Below, one piece after another: positions 1 to 13,200 of a stretch of DNA of 64,000 bases. The stretch lies in assembly GCF_964355755.1 (NCBI RefSeq), contig NC_092671.1:8494001-8558000 (forward strand), in the 5' to 3' direction. The first letter of the stretch is position 1, and every line of letters starts with the position of its first letter. The DNA comes from Antedon mediterranea. Taxonomy: Eukaryota > Animalia > Echinodermata. The notes below the pieces were generated by a model. That model did not search any database. It was given only the letters and a program-made list of their open reading frames with translations, and was not told the DNA's origin. The translations under genes and the position numbers were made by a program.

Positions 1-2010
1 ACGCGACTAGAGAGCGACAACAAGTTTTAAAAATTATCAATGGAAAAAGAGGAAAGATATTTCTATGGTTGTAATGTATAGGACCGATGAAATATTTCTG
101 CAATATCTTCTTATTGAAGATTAGACCAATAAGTTACATATCCAGGAGGGGCGTTGAGAGTGTTCAATTAAGTTTAAGAGGACCCTGTGTATTTCCATAT
201 TTCTTCTTAATGAATCAATCCCAATGAAGTTTATTTGGCATGGAAGAATTTCCTCGAATTATGTTATTACGAACGATAATATTGTGGGAAAATAATGATC
301 AAAGTTAGCCTACTTAATTAGAATTTCGCAGGTATAGGCCTATAGCATCAGTACATGGTATTCGGCATAATGCACTCCAAATTAATATGATGTCAATCAA
401 TAATGATGACAACATTGAAGAATATTTACTTCTTAACTTTTCTTCATTTTTATTTATGCTTTATGTTGTCCTTACCAAGAAGAAAACGTCCTCTAGTCCA
501 TAAACAAAAGTGGAAACTGTCCAATTAACGCATGCATGACATTGCTTTGAATGACAAGTTTTTCTTCTCGTAACCAGGAATGTAAAAAAATAAAGAAAAA
601 GTCCTCGGAGAACAGTTTGAAGTGTTTTACCAGGCCAAGTAAAATTATCAGGGCGCCAGTAAGCTGTCGAGGCGAGTGTACTAGTGGTCTCTGACAATTA
701 CGTATTCCATAATCGGCCTACCTTTGCAGCTTGGCAATTCGGCTAGGATTAAGGGTTGCGAATCCGATTTCCGTTTATTCCTAGTGAATGTGAGTGAAGT
801 GATGAATTTCTGACGGTCGCAGATTACTGAGGTTTAAGTTAATTTATAATAAATACTTAAGTTAAATTCATCTTTATATTGAAAAGGGTTTGAACTTGAG
901 TATACAGGATTCATGTTGATCTTTTAACGATGAGCAAATTGTCAGAGTAAAATGAGTCAAATGCAGTTTATTTTGAGAGTATAAAAGTTAACTTTGAAAA
1001 TACACGTGATAAATATGAGGTAATACCGTAATTGTATTTATTGAAAGTACAGACCGATCGGTTTTAGGTAACTGATTTTATATAATAAAAATAGTCAATA
1101 TGAGGATATAAATAATCCTAAGCTGTGACTTGTTCAACATTTGGAACATCATGAACTGCAATTGGTTTGAGTCAGTAATAGAGATATGACCTCATTTTGA
1201 CTCAGTCATCTGCTTTGTCAAATTGTCCAAATCCTTCAAAATATCCACCCAGTACGACAATGTACCGATGTAAATAGCTTGCAAATTAAAAGTGTTGCAT
1301 AGCATGGGTATAATTTAGAAAGTTATTGCGTAACACCATCTAAATAATTCTAAAAAACATTAAAAGTATCTCAATGCAGAAGTTCGTACAATTTCTGGAG
1401 AGTAACTGAATCTGAAGAAACATTATAAGATTTGCCTGTTAACATTTTAACTGAAAGTTATGAAATTTGGTCAAGTTCAGTTAACTGGAAACAATAGGCA
1501 GTTTTCGTGTAACACTTAATATACATGTATATATAATTTAATAAAGTTTACTAAAGTATCTCGATACAAAGTAACTTCTCAAAGAATAACTGGCGATTGA
1601 ACTTTGATTGATAAAAACTGACAACTGAATTGTAACTTCAAGTTGTAAAATTTGGTCAAGTTCAGTTAAATGGAAACGAGAGACAATACTATAAAGGTCT
1701 TCGTACTTTCTTAATTACATTTATTCATAGTGTATATTTGAAAACGATCCACACCCCCTAGGCGTTTCCTTGGTGTGTTAGCTTGTGAAGTTTCCCTACG
1801 CTGTCACTTCGTATTGAGAACGACGTATTGTTATAAACAGTGTCACCATAATATCATATTTATCTTAATCATGTTTATATCCTTACACAATGATACTTCT
1901 AATGATAAAATAAGTCGCTGGTATAAATTATAATTAAGAACGTGCCATTAAAAAAAAAAAATACTGGTTCTTTTAAAAGTTTTTCTAATTGAAGTATATC
2001 CATAATGACT

Positions 2011-2125
2011 AATATGGGAATCATGTCTAAATATGGGCATATCGAGACTATGGACATATCGAGACTAAATATGGACATATCGAGACTAAATATGGGCATA
2101 TCGAGACTAAATATGGGCATATCAT
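2011..2125. repeat. 20-bp minisatellite, about 5 units, related to the MITE internal repeat
   Basis: Unit GAGACTAAATATGG(G/A)CATATC. Confidence 0.8.
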
Positions 2126-5100
2126 AAAATCAAAATACTTAAAGGTGCATTAAATCCCCAGCATGCACTACAGTTATAAAAAGTCTTAAATGTTATCGAT
2201 AAACGTTAGTGTTTTTTTTTAAAGGAATTTGTTGGAACTGCAATTAAAAATGCATAATTTATAATAAATATTGCACGCTTATAAATCCCGTTCGTTGTTT
2301 TATAAACAAAGGTTATAGTAAAACTAATTCTACAGTAAATAACAATAATTAATAAATGAGTCATTATTGTTGTCATGGTGATTAATGCTGAGCGACGATA
2401 TAAAACAATTTCCTGCTGTACAGTAAATAAAGAGATCTGAAAGAGTAGTAGGCCTATTTAAAAAGTTTTACAAAGAAATGGATGGAATAACTATCTCATA
2501 GAACTTCCTGAACGTGCAATCCGTCAAGGATGACTGAGTAATATACAATATATCTGAGTCACAAAGCTTCTTCAAAAACCGAGAGAAAATTTGATAAATC
2601 GTAAAATTTAGGTGTACCACACTATTATATTAATAGATAGGTGATGTGACATCTAACAAATTCTTAATAATTGAAGAGAATGAATCGCTGGTGGCATCTG
2701 AAATACAACCCGTGTTTCATTATTTATCAAGGGGTAGACTATGGTTGGTCTGACGTAGGATACTGTCCCAAACGACCTTATAAACACTGGTGTAGCACGT
2801 CTGGGAGACATCTCATACGGCGCGACTACTGAGGGCACGGCCCAAGCGTATCTATTCGTATCTGTTCGTGGTCTTGTTTCGCTACGACATTCGTATGTGG
2901 CCTAGCTAAGCTCTTGTATCAGTTTGCTTGAAGATACGGAACTTCTATCTGTCAATACTTTGACAGGGCACCGAAAATTGTCCAAAAGCACGAACCATTG
3001 ACTTAAACGACCGGCACGTAGACAAAGTATAAAATTATAATGCTCAAGTTTATGAAAAGACACAAGGTCACGCGTCCACTCAACTGTATATTTCAACCTA
3101 TATTGTAATAATGTAACCATTATATTGCCGATAGACTTGCTTTAAAAATGCAAATGACAGACCTACACAAAATCAAAATAAAAGATCAACTAGAATTGCA
3201 TTACTAATCAGGAATAATAATCATTTTTTAACATCAAGAAAGATTTTATTTTCCCTATGAAATATGATTGTTTTGGGGGTTTCCATTAATTTTATTTAGT
3301 TTTTTTTAAATAATTATAATTATCTTTCCTTTTACATAGTTAAGATCAATCAAATTGTAGAAATTTGTATTCGTTCGTTTGTAAAGTACTTTCATTCCCC
3401 CTTTTTTCACTGTTTTTCTGTTAATAATTGACATTAGTCGCACTTCTGCCAAATCGGAAACAGCGTGACGTTTCGAAATTGAGACGTCCAGTGTCCGAAA
3501 TTTGTCCCGGTAAATAACTACGTGTATGGGTTAGGTGAAACCAATACTCGTTGCAACGAAATAGGGCACAGGGTATGTATCCCACGTGGTTTGTTAAATT
3601 GAAAATAAACACCAAATAACACGAAGTTGATATTGCTTCTGTAAGCATCACTTAAAGGGACGGGGTTATCTGATAAGACATTTATTTGAAACTTTTATAC
3701 TTTATTCTCGATGGGATAGGAGTTGCCTATTAGAAGAAGATATGAACCTATATGGAGATTATTGATTAGATCAATAAAAATAGGTTCCCAGTGGGCATAT
3801 TCAAAGTATTACTCGAGCAGGTCATGAAGTAAAAAGTAATATTGACACATTCAAAATTGTTAACACTATCATACAATCGAATCCTCTACGGTAGTCTAAA
3901 AATGTTAAACGTATTAAAAGTTAAACAAGATATTAACTTGATTTCATTGCAATTGCAAATTAAAGAGGCGTTTTTACATAAAATACGTAGGTTTCTTTAG
4001 ATGTGGTTTAAGTTGTACCTGTTGAATTCCCCTTTAACCACACGACTAATTCATAACAGAAACATTCTTTATGAACATGAGCCATAAATTTAATAACAGG
4101 TAAATTAAGATCTACACTCATAAAATAATGGCAGTAAAATTAAATTTAACGGTATTTTAACAACTTTTGTGTATGGCTAACCTATTACAGTTATTCCTCC
4201 CTTAATAGTTTCGTCACCTATATAAGAGTTGCTTTAAATTTATTGAGATCATAGTTCTCAAAGAGCAAATTTGTCACAGGAGTGTTAAATGATAACATAA
4301 TGCACGAAAATTGCCGACCATAAAATATTTACGTAAGATTATACACCTTCCATTTAATTTTATTTTACATCAAATAAACTCATTATTTTTACTAATATTA
4401 ATGAATAATTAAATTTATTAAACGTAATATGATTGGAATATGTAAATTAACCTATGACGTTAGTAAACTTCTTAAAAGCAAGAAGTCTTTTTTCCCATCA
4501 GAACCGGTAAATCATTTAAAGTCTACACAAAAGACTAGCTGACGTTTAACAGATTATTAACAAAAGGATATAATAAGTCGATGGGTCTAACCAACACAAA
4601 GAGGCCACGTTTTTTACTATACTATAAAATTAGAACCATTGTAATGTGTAAATGGCTATGATAAAACGTCCTAATACTTAAATATGTCAATATTAATTGA
4701 TGATTTAATGTTGTTGCCAGAAAAAAAGAAAGAATAATATCTGTTAGATACTGCCAGTTATTAAATATTATGCGATATTAACGACTATATTAATATACTA
4801 AACAAATCTGCTTATATTAAATAAGTTATTAAATCAATTTAGTTCACCCATATTCACACAGAAATGTGTTACAGGGCCACTTCAGTGTAATAAATACATT
4901 TGTTTTACGAAAGAAACATCGTCTTTTTATTGTTTGTATTTATCATGGATAGTTCTATACTGCTTAGCTACTTGTTATAGTCTACTCTGTTAGCCTAAAG
5001 AAAACAACTATTAAGCCTTAACACTGGCGGGTAAGTTAGTTACATGGCTGTGGCAATTTGTAGCGATGCCTAAACAAATATTCTTCGTTGTCTGTGGTAT

Positions 5101-5734
5101 AATCTTAAATCAACTTCTTAATGAAAAACATACGAAACGTGTCAGTGATGGGGACTTGAGTCCGGAAGGAGGGATTTTGGGACAGAGGCAGTATAGGAAA
5201 CAGAAACTTATGAGCCCGCCGTTTGAGTGATACACACAAAGACAATTCAAAATCACCTCAGTATAGAACAATGAACACTCTACTAAAGCCTTCCTTACTA
5301 ATTTGATTCTTAACCGTGCCCTTCGTAGTATAGACCATCATAAACTTCAACGAGGCTTTTTAACAGTACAGATGTATACATTGATTGGGAAAAAGAAGAA
5401 TACCGTGACAATTCAATATTGTAGACTTAATGAGAAACTAATGTTAAAAACAAATGTAAAAGTTTGTTTTAGAATGCGAAACACTAAAATAACTATATTA
5501 TTAACTTAATCTGTATTGCCAAAGAAATAAATAAACATTTTCTTTTCTAAAAGAACGGACCTAATTTTTAATTAGATCATCCATTTTGCCTTGAGTTTGT
5601 AAAAGGCCTAAATTTTGTTACTGATTTAAATAAAACACAGACCAAATATGCGTTTGTACTTGAAGATTTTACCGTTAATTCGAACACGGTAGCCTAGTTA
5701 CAATATACATAAAATTCTGATTAAAATTTAAAAT

Positions 5735-5912
5735 TTAAAAAACGTGTTTCTGATTTTAATTAATGTCCCTTTAAAATTGGGGTTTGATAACGCGTTTATG
5801 ATAACGCATTCTGATTCTAATTAGTGTTGTCTAAAATTGGGTTTATAACGCGTTCGGGTTATGTTAACGCATTCTGATTCTAATTAAGTGCTTCACTGAA
5901 ATGGGGTTAAAA
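5735..5912. repeat. About 62-bp degenerate tandem repeat, 3 copies
   Basis: TTCTGATT(T/C)TAATT...AAA(T)TGGG(G)TT recurs near 5748, 5810 and 5872. Confidence 0.75.
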
Positions 5913-8900
5913 GTTAAAACTTAAAGGTGATATAATGTGTTTTTAATCGAACGCAATTCGACTGCATCATACACATTGTCATAGATCTACTTATTGATTA
6001 CATCGCAATCCTTAAACAATGTAGGTCTACAACGAAAGCATTTCAATTCCAATTCTACAATTTTTAAATTTAAGAATTATGTGTTAGGCCTATTTTAATA
6101 AAACTAATAAATATTAGTAGTGTGCAATAATATGAATAATGTTTATTTAAATAAATAATTAAAGTTTGAATTTCTATATGAAAATATCATGTGTTGTAAG
6201 GGTAAACAAATTTCTTTAAAAAAAAAAGTAAAATTGCAAAGTTGAAGTAATTTCAATGTTTCATTCTAAAGCAGTAGGCCTATTTTATAAAAAATTGAAT
6301 ATGTGAATTAAGTTTAATAAAAACAATATAGGTCTATAAAGAAATAATGATTACCATGCAAATAATAATAGTGTCTATTACATATTAAAATCGTATTATT
6401 ATTTACCGTTTATATACCAATATAGTTTTGTATTAGCCAATATTTAAATAACATTAAATATTAATAGATGAAAATATTAAATTAAATGTTCATACAGCTA
6501 ATTACGATATTCAATACATAAATTTGTGAAGTGAAAGTTTATTCTGAATGGTGAGTGATTGATGCATGATTGAATTGTCGTGTTTAGGTTCATTTATAGG
6601 GACAACTTGGATAAAGCGACAACACAGTTTAGGAAAGGAAAATGTCACCTGACCTTGAACGTGAACGGGTAAATAGAGTCTCCTGTACGGCACGTGGAGA
6701 AGCATCAGATGCGGTTTAAAGTTATGTAGGCCTAGATCCACTGATGCTATCAACAATGGGTAAAGTGAACATTACGTTGTATAAACATACCAGTTGATGT
6801 AGTTCAAAAATTAAGTAGGCCTCTATAATCAACCAATATGTCTATATGTACGGTATGCATATAACCATCATACGTGTTTCCAAGAATTAATATTGATACT
6901 ATTTTCAACAATAAATGTATGCAGCTTGGTTCTATTTAGGTGGTTGGTAGAACTAGTACACATCGTAGATACTCAGTAATATCAAACAAAGTAGGCCTGA
7001 TTATAGATACATCCCTAAAAATGTCAGAAATCAAAACCGACGCATTTCACAGAAACAATTATATTTATACACGGAAAATTGTTCTGTTTAAGCCTATTAA
7101 AATAACATTGATGACAGCATCTAATGCTCTTTATATACAACCAATACCAGGAAGAATCCTATAGGAAATAATATATGGTGATGGGAATTAGGCATTGTTG
7201 TAGCAACGTTTCTAAAAACAAGAAGACAATTCCTATAATTTCTGCTATTTATAAGCACATTGTTGTAATGTTGAATCGCCCATTGATGTCTACAGTATAT
7301 CAAATACGAGGGTTAGTAGTATCACATCGTCGTCGAATTTTAATAGCACAACAACCGCCCAAGTACTGTCACAGTATTAGCAATAATCAGTAGTAATGCA
7401 ATTGACAATACCGCATCACTTACTCTCAGTAATACCATTTTCATAACTTCTATATATAGACAGATGTTAACTGTACAGATTTGAATCTTTTGATCATTTA
7501 AACACTTAACATCTATACGTTAATATTACACACGTGTTATTGAACAGCCATGAAAAGGTTTTGTTACGTTGTCTTGATAAAGGATACAAAAGTACAGATA
7601 TTTAGATTTATGATATTAACAATTAAAACTATTTTAGAGTAAGAGTGATAATCCAGCGAAATTGACGAATCCTAAAATTCAGATTGGTCTGGTTAACCCA
7701 GAATGTCAAAATCAATTAACAAAGGGTTTGAGAATGACGTGTGATTCACATTCAACTTGGATATATCCTAACATCAATAATTAATCACTTTATCTAATTT
7801 GCATAACTGTCAATCCAGGTGTCGACATAATAAATAGATTAACGTAATTATTACGCATTTAGGTGTGATTTCTGTTAATTAAATCAAGAATTTAAACTTA
7901 ATATTGAACATATTTTACAATGAAGTACATGTAACCTTTCTAACATGCATCTTCCCCAGTCAACCAGCGTCGTTTCAACCATATCTATGCACAATATTCT
8001 ATGCAGAGAAAGATGATACTAAATTTCTCTTCAGACTTTAAGAAATGTTATAATGATGCCTTAATAGAAACAAAAATGGTCAAACAGGAATATAATCAGC
8101 CTAATAAACGTCATGGAAATCTCAACAAAAAAGGACTTCGTAAATACAGTATTAAAATAATCAATAATTATTATATTCCTATATCTAATATCAAATATCA
8201 TACTAGAACATCCTACCATAACAATCACAACAAATATAGAAAGGTCATGTAGAAAACTGTGGATAACTTGATAACACAGTTGATTATGTACATCCAAACT
8301 GTACTGCTGTATTAGTAGGCGAGTAATCGCGACATTTTACGGGACATTAATTAATCGTTTGAATTCATAAAATGATTGTGAGTGATAATGGCGTTCCATT
8401 AGAACGATTCTTTTACTGAAATCGCTAACTGTAGAAATAATATGCCATCTACTCGACGCACGATTGCGGTAGATCGTGTTATAGCAGTAATATTATTCTG
8501 CTAGGCCTAGATTATTTGCGAGTTTGGCTGAAAGTACTGCTTTTAATGATGGTATGTTGTTCCTTTTCTTGAATATAAACAATAAAGATGAAGTGATATG
8601 TGTTGATAAGGTACGGAGCCGATGGATAAAGGTGTATATGTAAGAAGATGCCGAATTAAGACAATGGCGCGTGCTATATTTTGGCTTCCTACTGCTCTCT
8701 CGCGACACAACAGTATTGATAGAGCTAGTAGCCCCAGGCGCAGATGAACAAACTACAGGTATTATAGGCACTCGCCCATCGGCTAAATATTCACTCCCAC
8801 ATGACAAGCAGTTTCATTTTTTAGATACTAGCTTTTGTGTGCCCATACAATTTAGATTTTTATAAATATATTCAGACAATGAAACATAAAAGCAACATAA

Positions 8901-9470
8901 AGTGGTATTCGTGGCCTTGGAAATAGCCCGGGAAAAGTACTTTTCTTTCCACTTTTTCAATATTGTTATCAAACATCATAATTTAATTATATCTATAGCA
9001 AGGTTATTGTTATCAATTATGTAACAATTTTAAACACTCACACACTCATTTAAAACTTTTGATTAAAACTCCATACCTCCATGCTCCAACAGTTTGATTT
9101 TAGTAGAGATAATACGATATACCAACATTAACACATTATGGTCCTCTGAAGCATTGTTGACATTATTTGTTGTTGGTCTCAATTAAACGTAACATAAATT
9201 ACTACGATTTCTGTTTTATCAACAACATCCTTTTACCATAACCCCATAAACCAACATTAGTAGAGACTTAATATACAGGACTGTCACTTGCCTTACCAAT
9301 TTACACGTCTGGTCAAATACCATTTTAATACCAAATCAAAGTAAACCAACACACATTCATAATTAATGTATTACTATATAGTCTGATTAGACTTTTAGTA
9401 AGTAGACCTATTATTTGTTATACAAATATTGACATTTCTTCTTACGTTTCGTAAATATAACATTACTTAC

Positions 9471-10067
9471 CATTGCATCCGAAGTATTTGAACTTGTTTC
9501 CAAAGTTTCTAACTCATTTCCGTCACTGTTCGATTTTTCAACTTGTAACAATCTCTCTAACTTTTCAATGTATTCGATGGCATTTCGCAAAATTTCCACT
9601 TTTGGAAGGCGCTGATTTGGATTTGCACAAGTATGTCGCTTTAGAGCCTCAAATGCTTCGTTAACTTTTCTTAACCGTCTTCTTTCTCTCATTGTTGCTG
9701 CTTTTCTCTTGTCCATAGCAACGTTTTTTCGTTTACACGCTTTACAAGCCCACAACAAACATCGTCTTTCTCCTTGCCCAGGATATCCAGGGGCCAATAC
9801 ATGTTCCATGTCCTCCTCCCTATGACCGCCTTCTGATCCGGTGTCAGGGATGTGTTCAAGGGAATAACAAGAACCAGGGGTGCGTGGATGTGTCGATTGG
9901 TGTACACTATCATGGTGATATCCGTTTGAGTATACCGAGTTAACATTACCGTGGTATCCCGAAACATCGGTGTTAGCATTGAAATCATCATAGTAACCCA
10001 TTGTCTGCATATCTGAATATCTACAACTACTCCGCATCGGCTCCATAGCTTCCATTGTCTGCATCAT
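9471..10067 (-). CDS. MyoD: Myogenic regulatory factor (MyoD/SUM-1-like bHLH), coding exon 1; downstream exons not located in window
   Basis: Cys/His motif EHVLAP...[13 protein letters not shown] followed by the MRF b[27 protein letters not shown]...[18 protein letters not shown]. Donor ATG|gtaagt at 9471/9470. ATG 10067 is preferred because a TATA box lies at about 10222-10227. Confidence 0.95.
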
Positions 10068-10219
10068 AAGCCCTGCCGTTTTTACTTTCACACACGCAGA
10101 CCGTTTAAAAACACTACGACATGAAGTCCCGGTGCGACCTAGAGGAAGAGCGTTATTATCTCGCTTACATCTACCTAACCACTGGTGGCTTGATTTCATA
10201 TCTGCCAACCAGACCTAGG

Positions 10220-10265
10220 AATTTATATGCTACTCGCTATTGGCGCATGCGCTTAAGTGAGTCAC
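10220..10265 (-). promoter_or_regulatory. MyoD core promoter: TATAAA, CCAAT, NRF1-type GCGCATGCGC palindrome, AP-1-type TGAGTCA
   Basis: TATAAA 10222-10227 (-), CCAAT 10239-10243 (-), GCGCATGCGC 10243-10252 and TGAGTCA 10258-10264, clustered within 45 bp upstream of the MRF ORF. Confidence 0.6.
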
Positions 10266-13200
10266 GGCATAAACGGAGAAACTCCGAATCTATTTTGCGA
10301 TGACAGTACCAACGTGTTGATTGACACCTCAGTAAAAGGAATTGTACATAACGAGAATTCCAAATTATATCGTGGATAAACAGAATATCTCAAATGTTTA
10401 ACAAGATTTTCTCATCTGGACCTGAAACAACGATAAAACTTAAGTAAACTTATTATCGTACCGATAACTTTTAACGTAGGCGTGGAGAAAACTTTAGTTC
10501 ACTTAATTTGTATATTTAGTGTTAAATAGTCACGTATCATATCAGGAGTGTTAATTGTTTTGGTAACATTCATAATAATGTAAATAACATAAATATATAA
10601 GTATAATAAAACAATAATAGTACAACATTCTTGTGTGTTAAGTAGTAGTACACATTATTCATAATAAATACAGTATGCAATAATAATGTAATTAATTATT
10701 ACTATGTTATGTAAACATAAACAATTAGGCCTATGAACAATTATCATTATTATCAAAATCGTAACCTATAATTTATTTATCGAAAATAAAAGAATTATGC
10801 AAGTAGAAAATAAATACATTATTGAAAAATGTGAAGATTCTTTTTTGCCTAAGATTTAATTTTGTAAACAAATCCTATTTGTCAAATTCTTCCAAATTGT
10901 ATTAGACAATACTATTAAAACTATTAACATTAATATTTACATTTTGGTTTGTCCCACGCTTTGATTAGTATAAATTAATCTATCAATTACAGGATTAGCA
11001 TAATGTATGAATATTCGTGTCGTTTCGACGATTCAAAGTATTTTTATGTTAAATCAACACTTCCTGGATAAGATGTCAAAAATGTCTTGCAAAATTTATT
11101 ACTTTGAAGTATTGGTAATATTTTTATTTTAAACGCATGCCGAAATAACTTATGGTAAAAACATTACACATTTTTTTGTTCGTATATTTTAGAATAACAT
11201 TCACGTGTCTTGAAATATGTTGTTAATAATGTTCTTGTTATGGAAATAATAATTGTCAGGTTGTTGAGGCAAACATCAGAGAATAATGTGCTTAGAATGG
11301 TAGCGATTAAAATCTTAAAAGAGAATGTTTTCAATTTTAAACAATTAAAAATTCATCAATGAAATTAAAAGTTGTAAAAAATAACTTTTATCTTTTGATA
11401 CTCAATATAATATCAATTATTATTTATAATATTTCTTTTTTTCCTCCAGGTACCCACACTTTACCTTGATTTTTACCTTTTTACTTTTTTTTCTTTACTG
11501 TAGGCCTATTACATTAGGTAATGGGCCTAGGCCTGAGGAAAAGATTGTGTCGGCCTGAAGTGAGCGCCAGTAAAAATGGTTTTAAAATGTATACCTACAT
11601 TATATAGTTACAATTTATTGAAATTGTTATTTATCGATAATATTGTAATTGATGTATGCTTATTCTAACATTAAGAAAACGACGGTATATGTTTTCGGTA
11701 GTATTCAATTCAATTCAACTTTTATTTCAGACAATTGTCCATAATGGTATAATACATTACAAAAGTATATTCACTTTTACCATTTTTTCAATAATTACCA
11801 TAATAATTGTTGTTTAGTTGTAAAAAATATATAATTTTTATGTAAAAAAATTAAAATCCAATTCAGCTTTAAAAACAAAATTTTCTCCAACTTTCGAAGG
11901 AAGCATATTATAATGGCAGTTTAATAAAGTCTTTAGTTAGCCAAAAGGACATAATATTTATTTTCAAATTTAATATTGCTTTTATTTATATTGTATTATG
12001 TAATTCACAGTTTTTTAAAACAACAGTATCATATTTTAGAACAATAAAATAAATACCAAATATGGTTATTATTTTAGTATTTTGATACTCAACTTTTTTG
12101 TTTTACTTTTACTTAGGCCTATTTCTAATAATATAAGCGGTTGTATTTACTTTAGCTGTTATGGTATAAAGGTTATAGTGAAAATTACAATTATATTTTT
12201 TTTCTTCACCTTTTCAACACCACCAGTAATTTTTAATCATATTCGGACATGTAGTATCGAATTCTGAGGCTGCTTAGGTCTATCGAAGAGGCTAATTGAA
12301 AGTGACACCAGCCTGAACAGAACACAGTCGCAAAGTCATGTAGGTTTGCCCGTATTGGTTCTGTCACTTTTGTTCGAATCGGGGCTGACCGCGTTTTCAC
12401 GCTAATCTAATTTTTCGATTTTCAGGTACACAAGTTTGAAATTTCAAAAGGAAGATTTTCTCTCCTCGAATGGTCACGTGGTACCGTGAGTATGCTGTTA
12501 TGGGCGAAGTTTTTAATGAGATCATCTCGATATCTAGCTGTTGCTCACTTATTACCGGGTCGGCACTGAATAATAAAGTGAAGGTGACGATTGATAGACA
12601 TTGGGGCTAAATAATGACACATTTTTCATTTACCTGTTTGCCTATTAAATGTTAACACACCACAACCGCAGTTCAAACGAGAAAATGAAAAGTATTTAAT
12701 TTAATAAATGATTAAATCTTCAAGAGACTTTAAAAAAATGATCTACAATTTCATTGAGTATTTCATACAGGCCTATTATCTATATATTGTTTGAAATTAT
12801 GATTAAAAAAGGCTAGCAGTCTTAATTTATTAAATATGTATGCCTCAATTTGTTTTATTTTCTTATTTTTCAGCCTATAGAATTATGTCTGTTTCTCTAT
12901 TCTCTATTCTGAACTCTGATTGGTTGCGCATCGTTTCGCGTCGCTAAAGTAGACACAAATATGAATACACATGCGCATTAGCCATCGACTTTAATTCGCA
13001 CCTATACATTTTTACCTACTTTTTGAAAGTTTTAAAATATTATAAAACATAATATAACATATAAAAAAATGTGATTTATATGATTAAAAATGGATAAAAA
13101 CAAAATGTGGTTAAGTGAGGAAGTGTAGAAGTTCATCCTTCCAAAAAAAGTAAGTAAATAAATACAGAATCTCAATGTATTGGTGGAAAGAAGTTAGACT

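Noticed and set aside
6722-6780. Minus-strand LPIVDSIS resembling MRF helix III
   Set aside because: Lacks the SSLDCL core and a convincing acceptor; likely chance.
10068-10208. N-terminal extension of the MyoD ORF from TTG 10208
   Set aside because: Non-ATG start only about 15 bp from the TATA box; probably promoter or 5' UTR.
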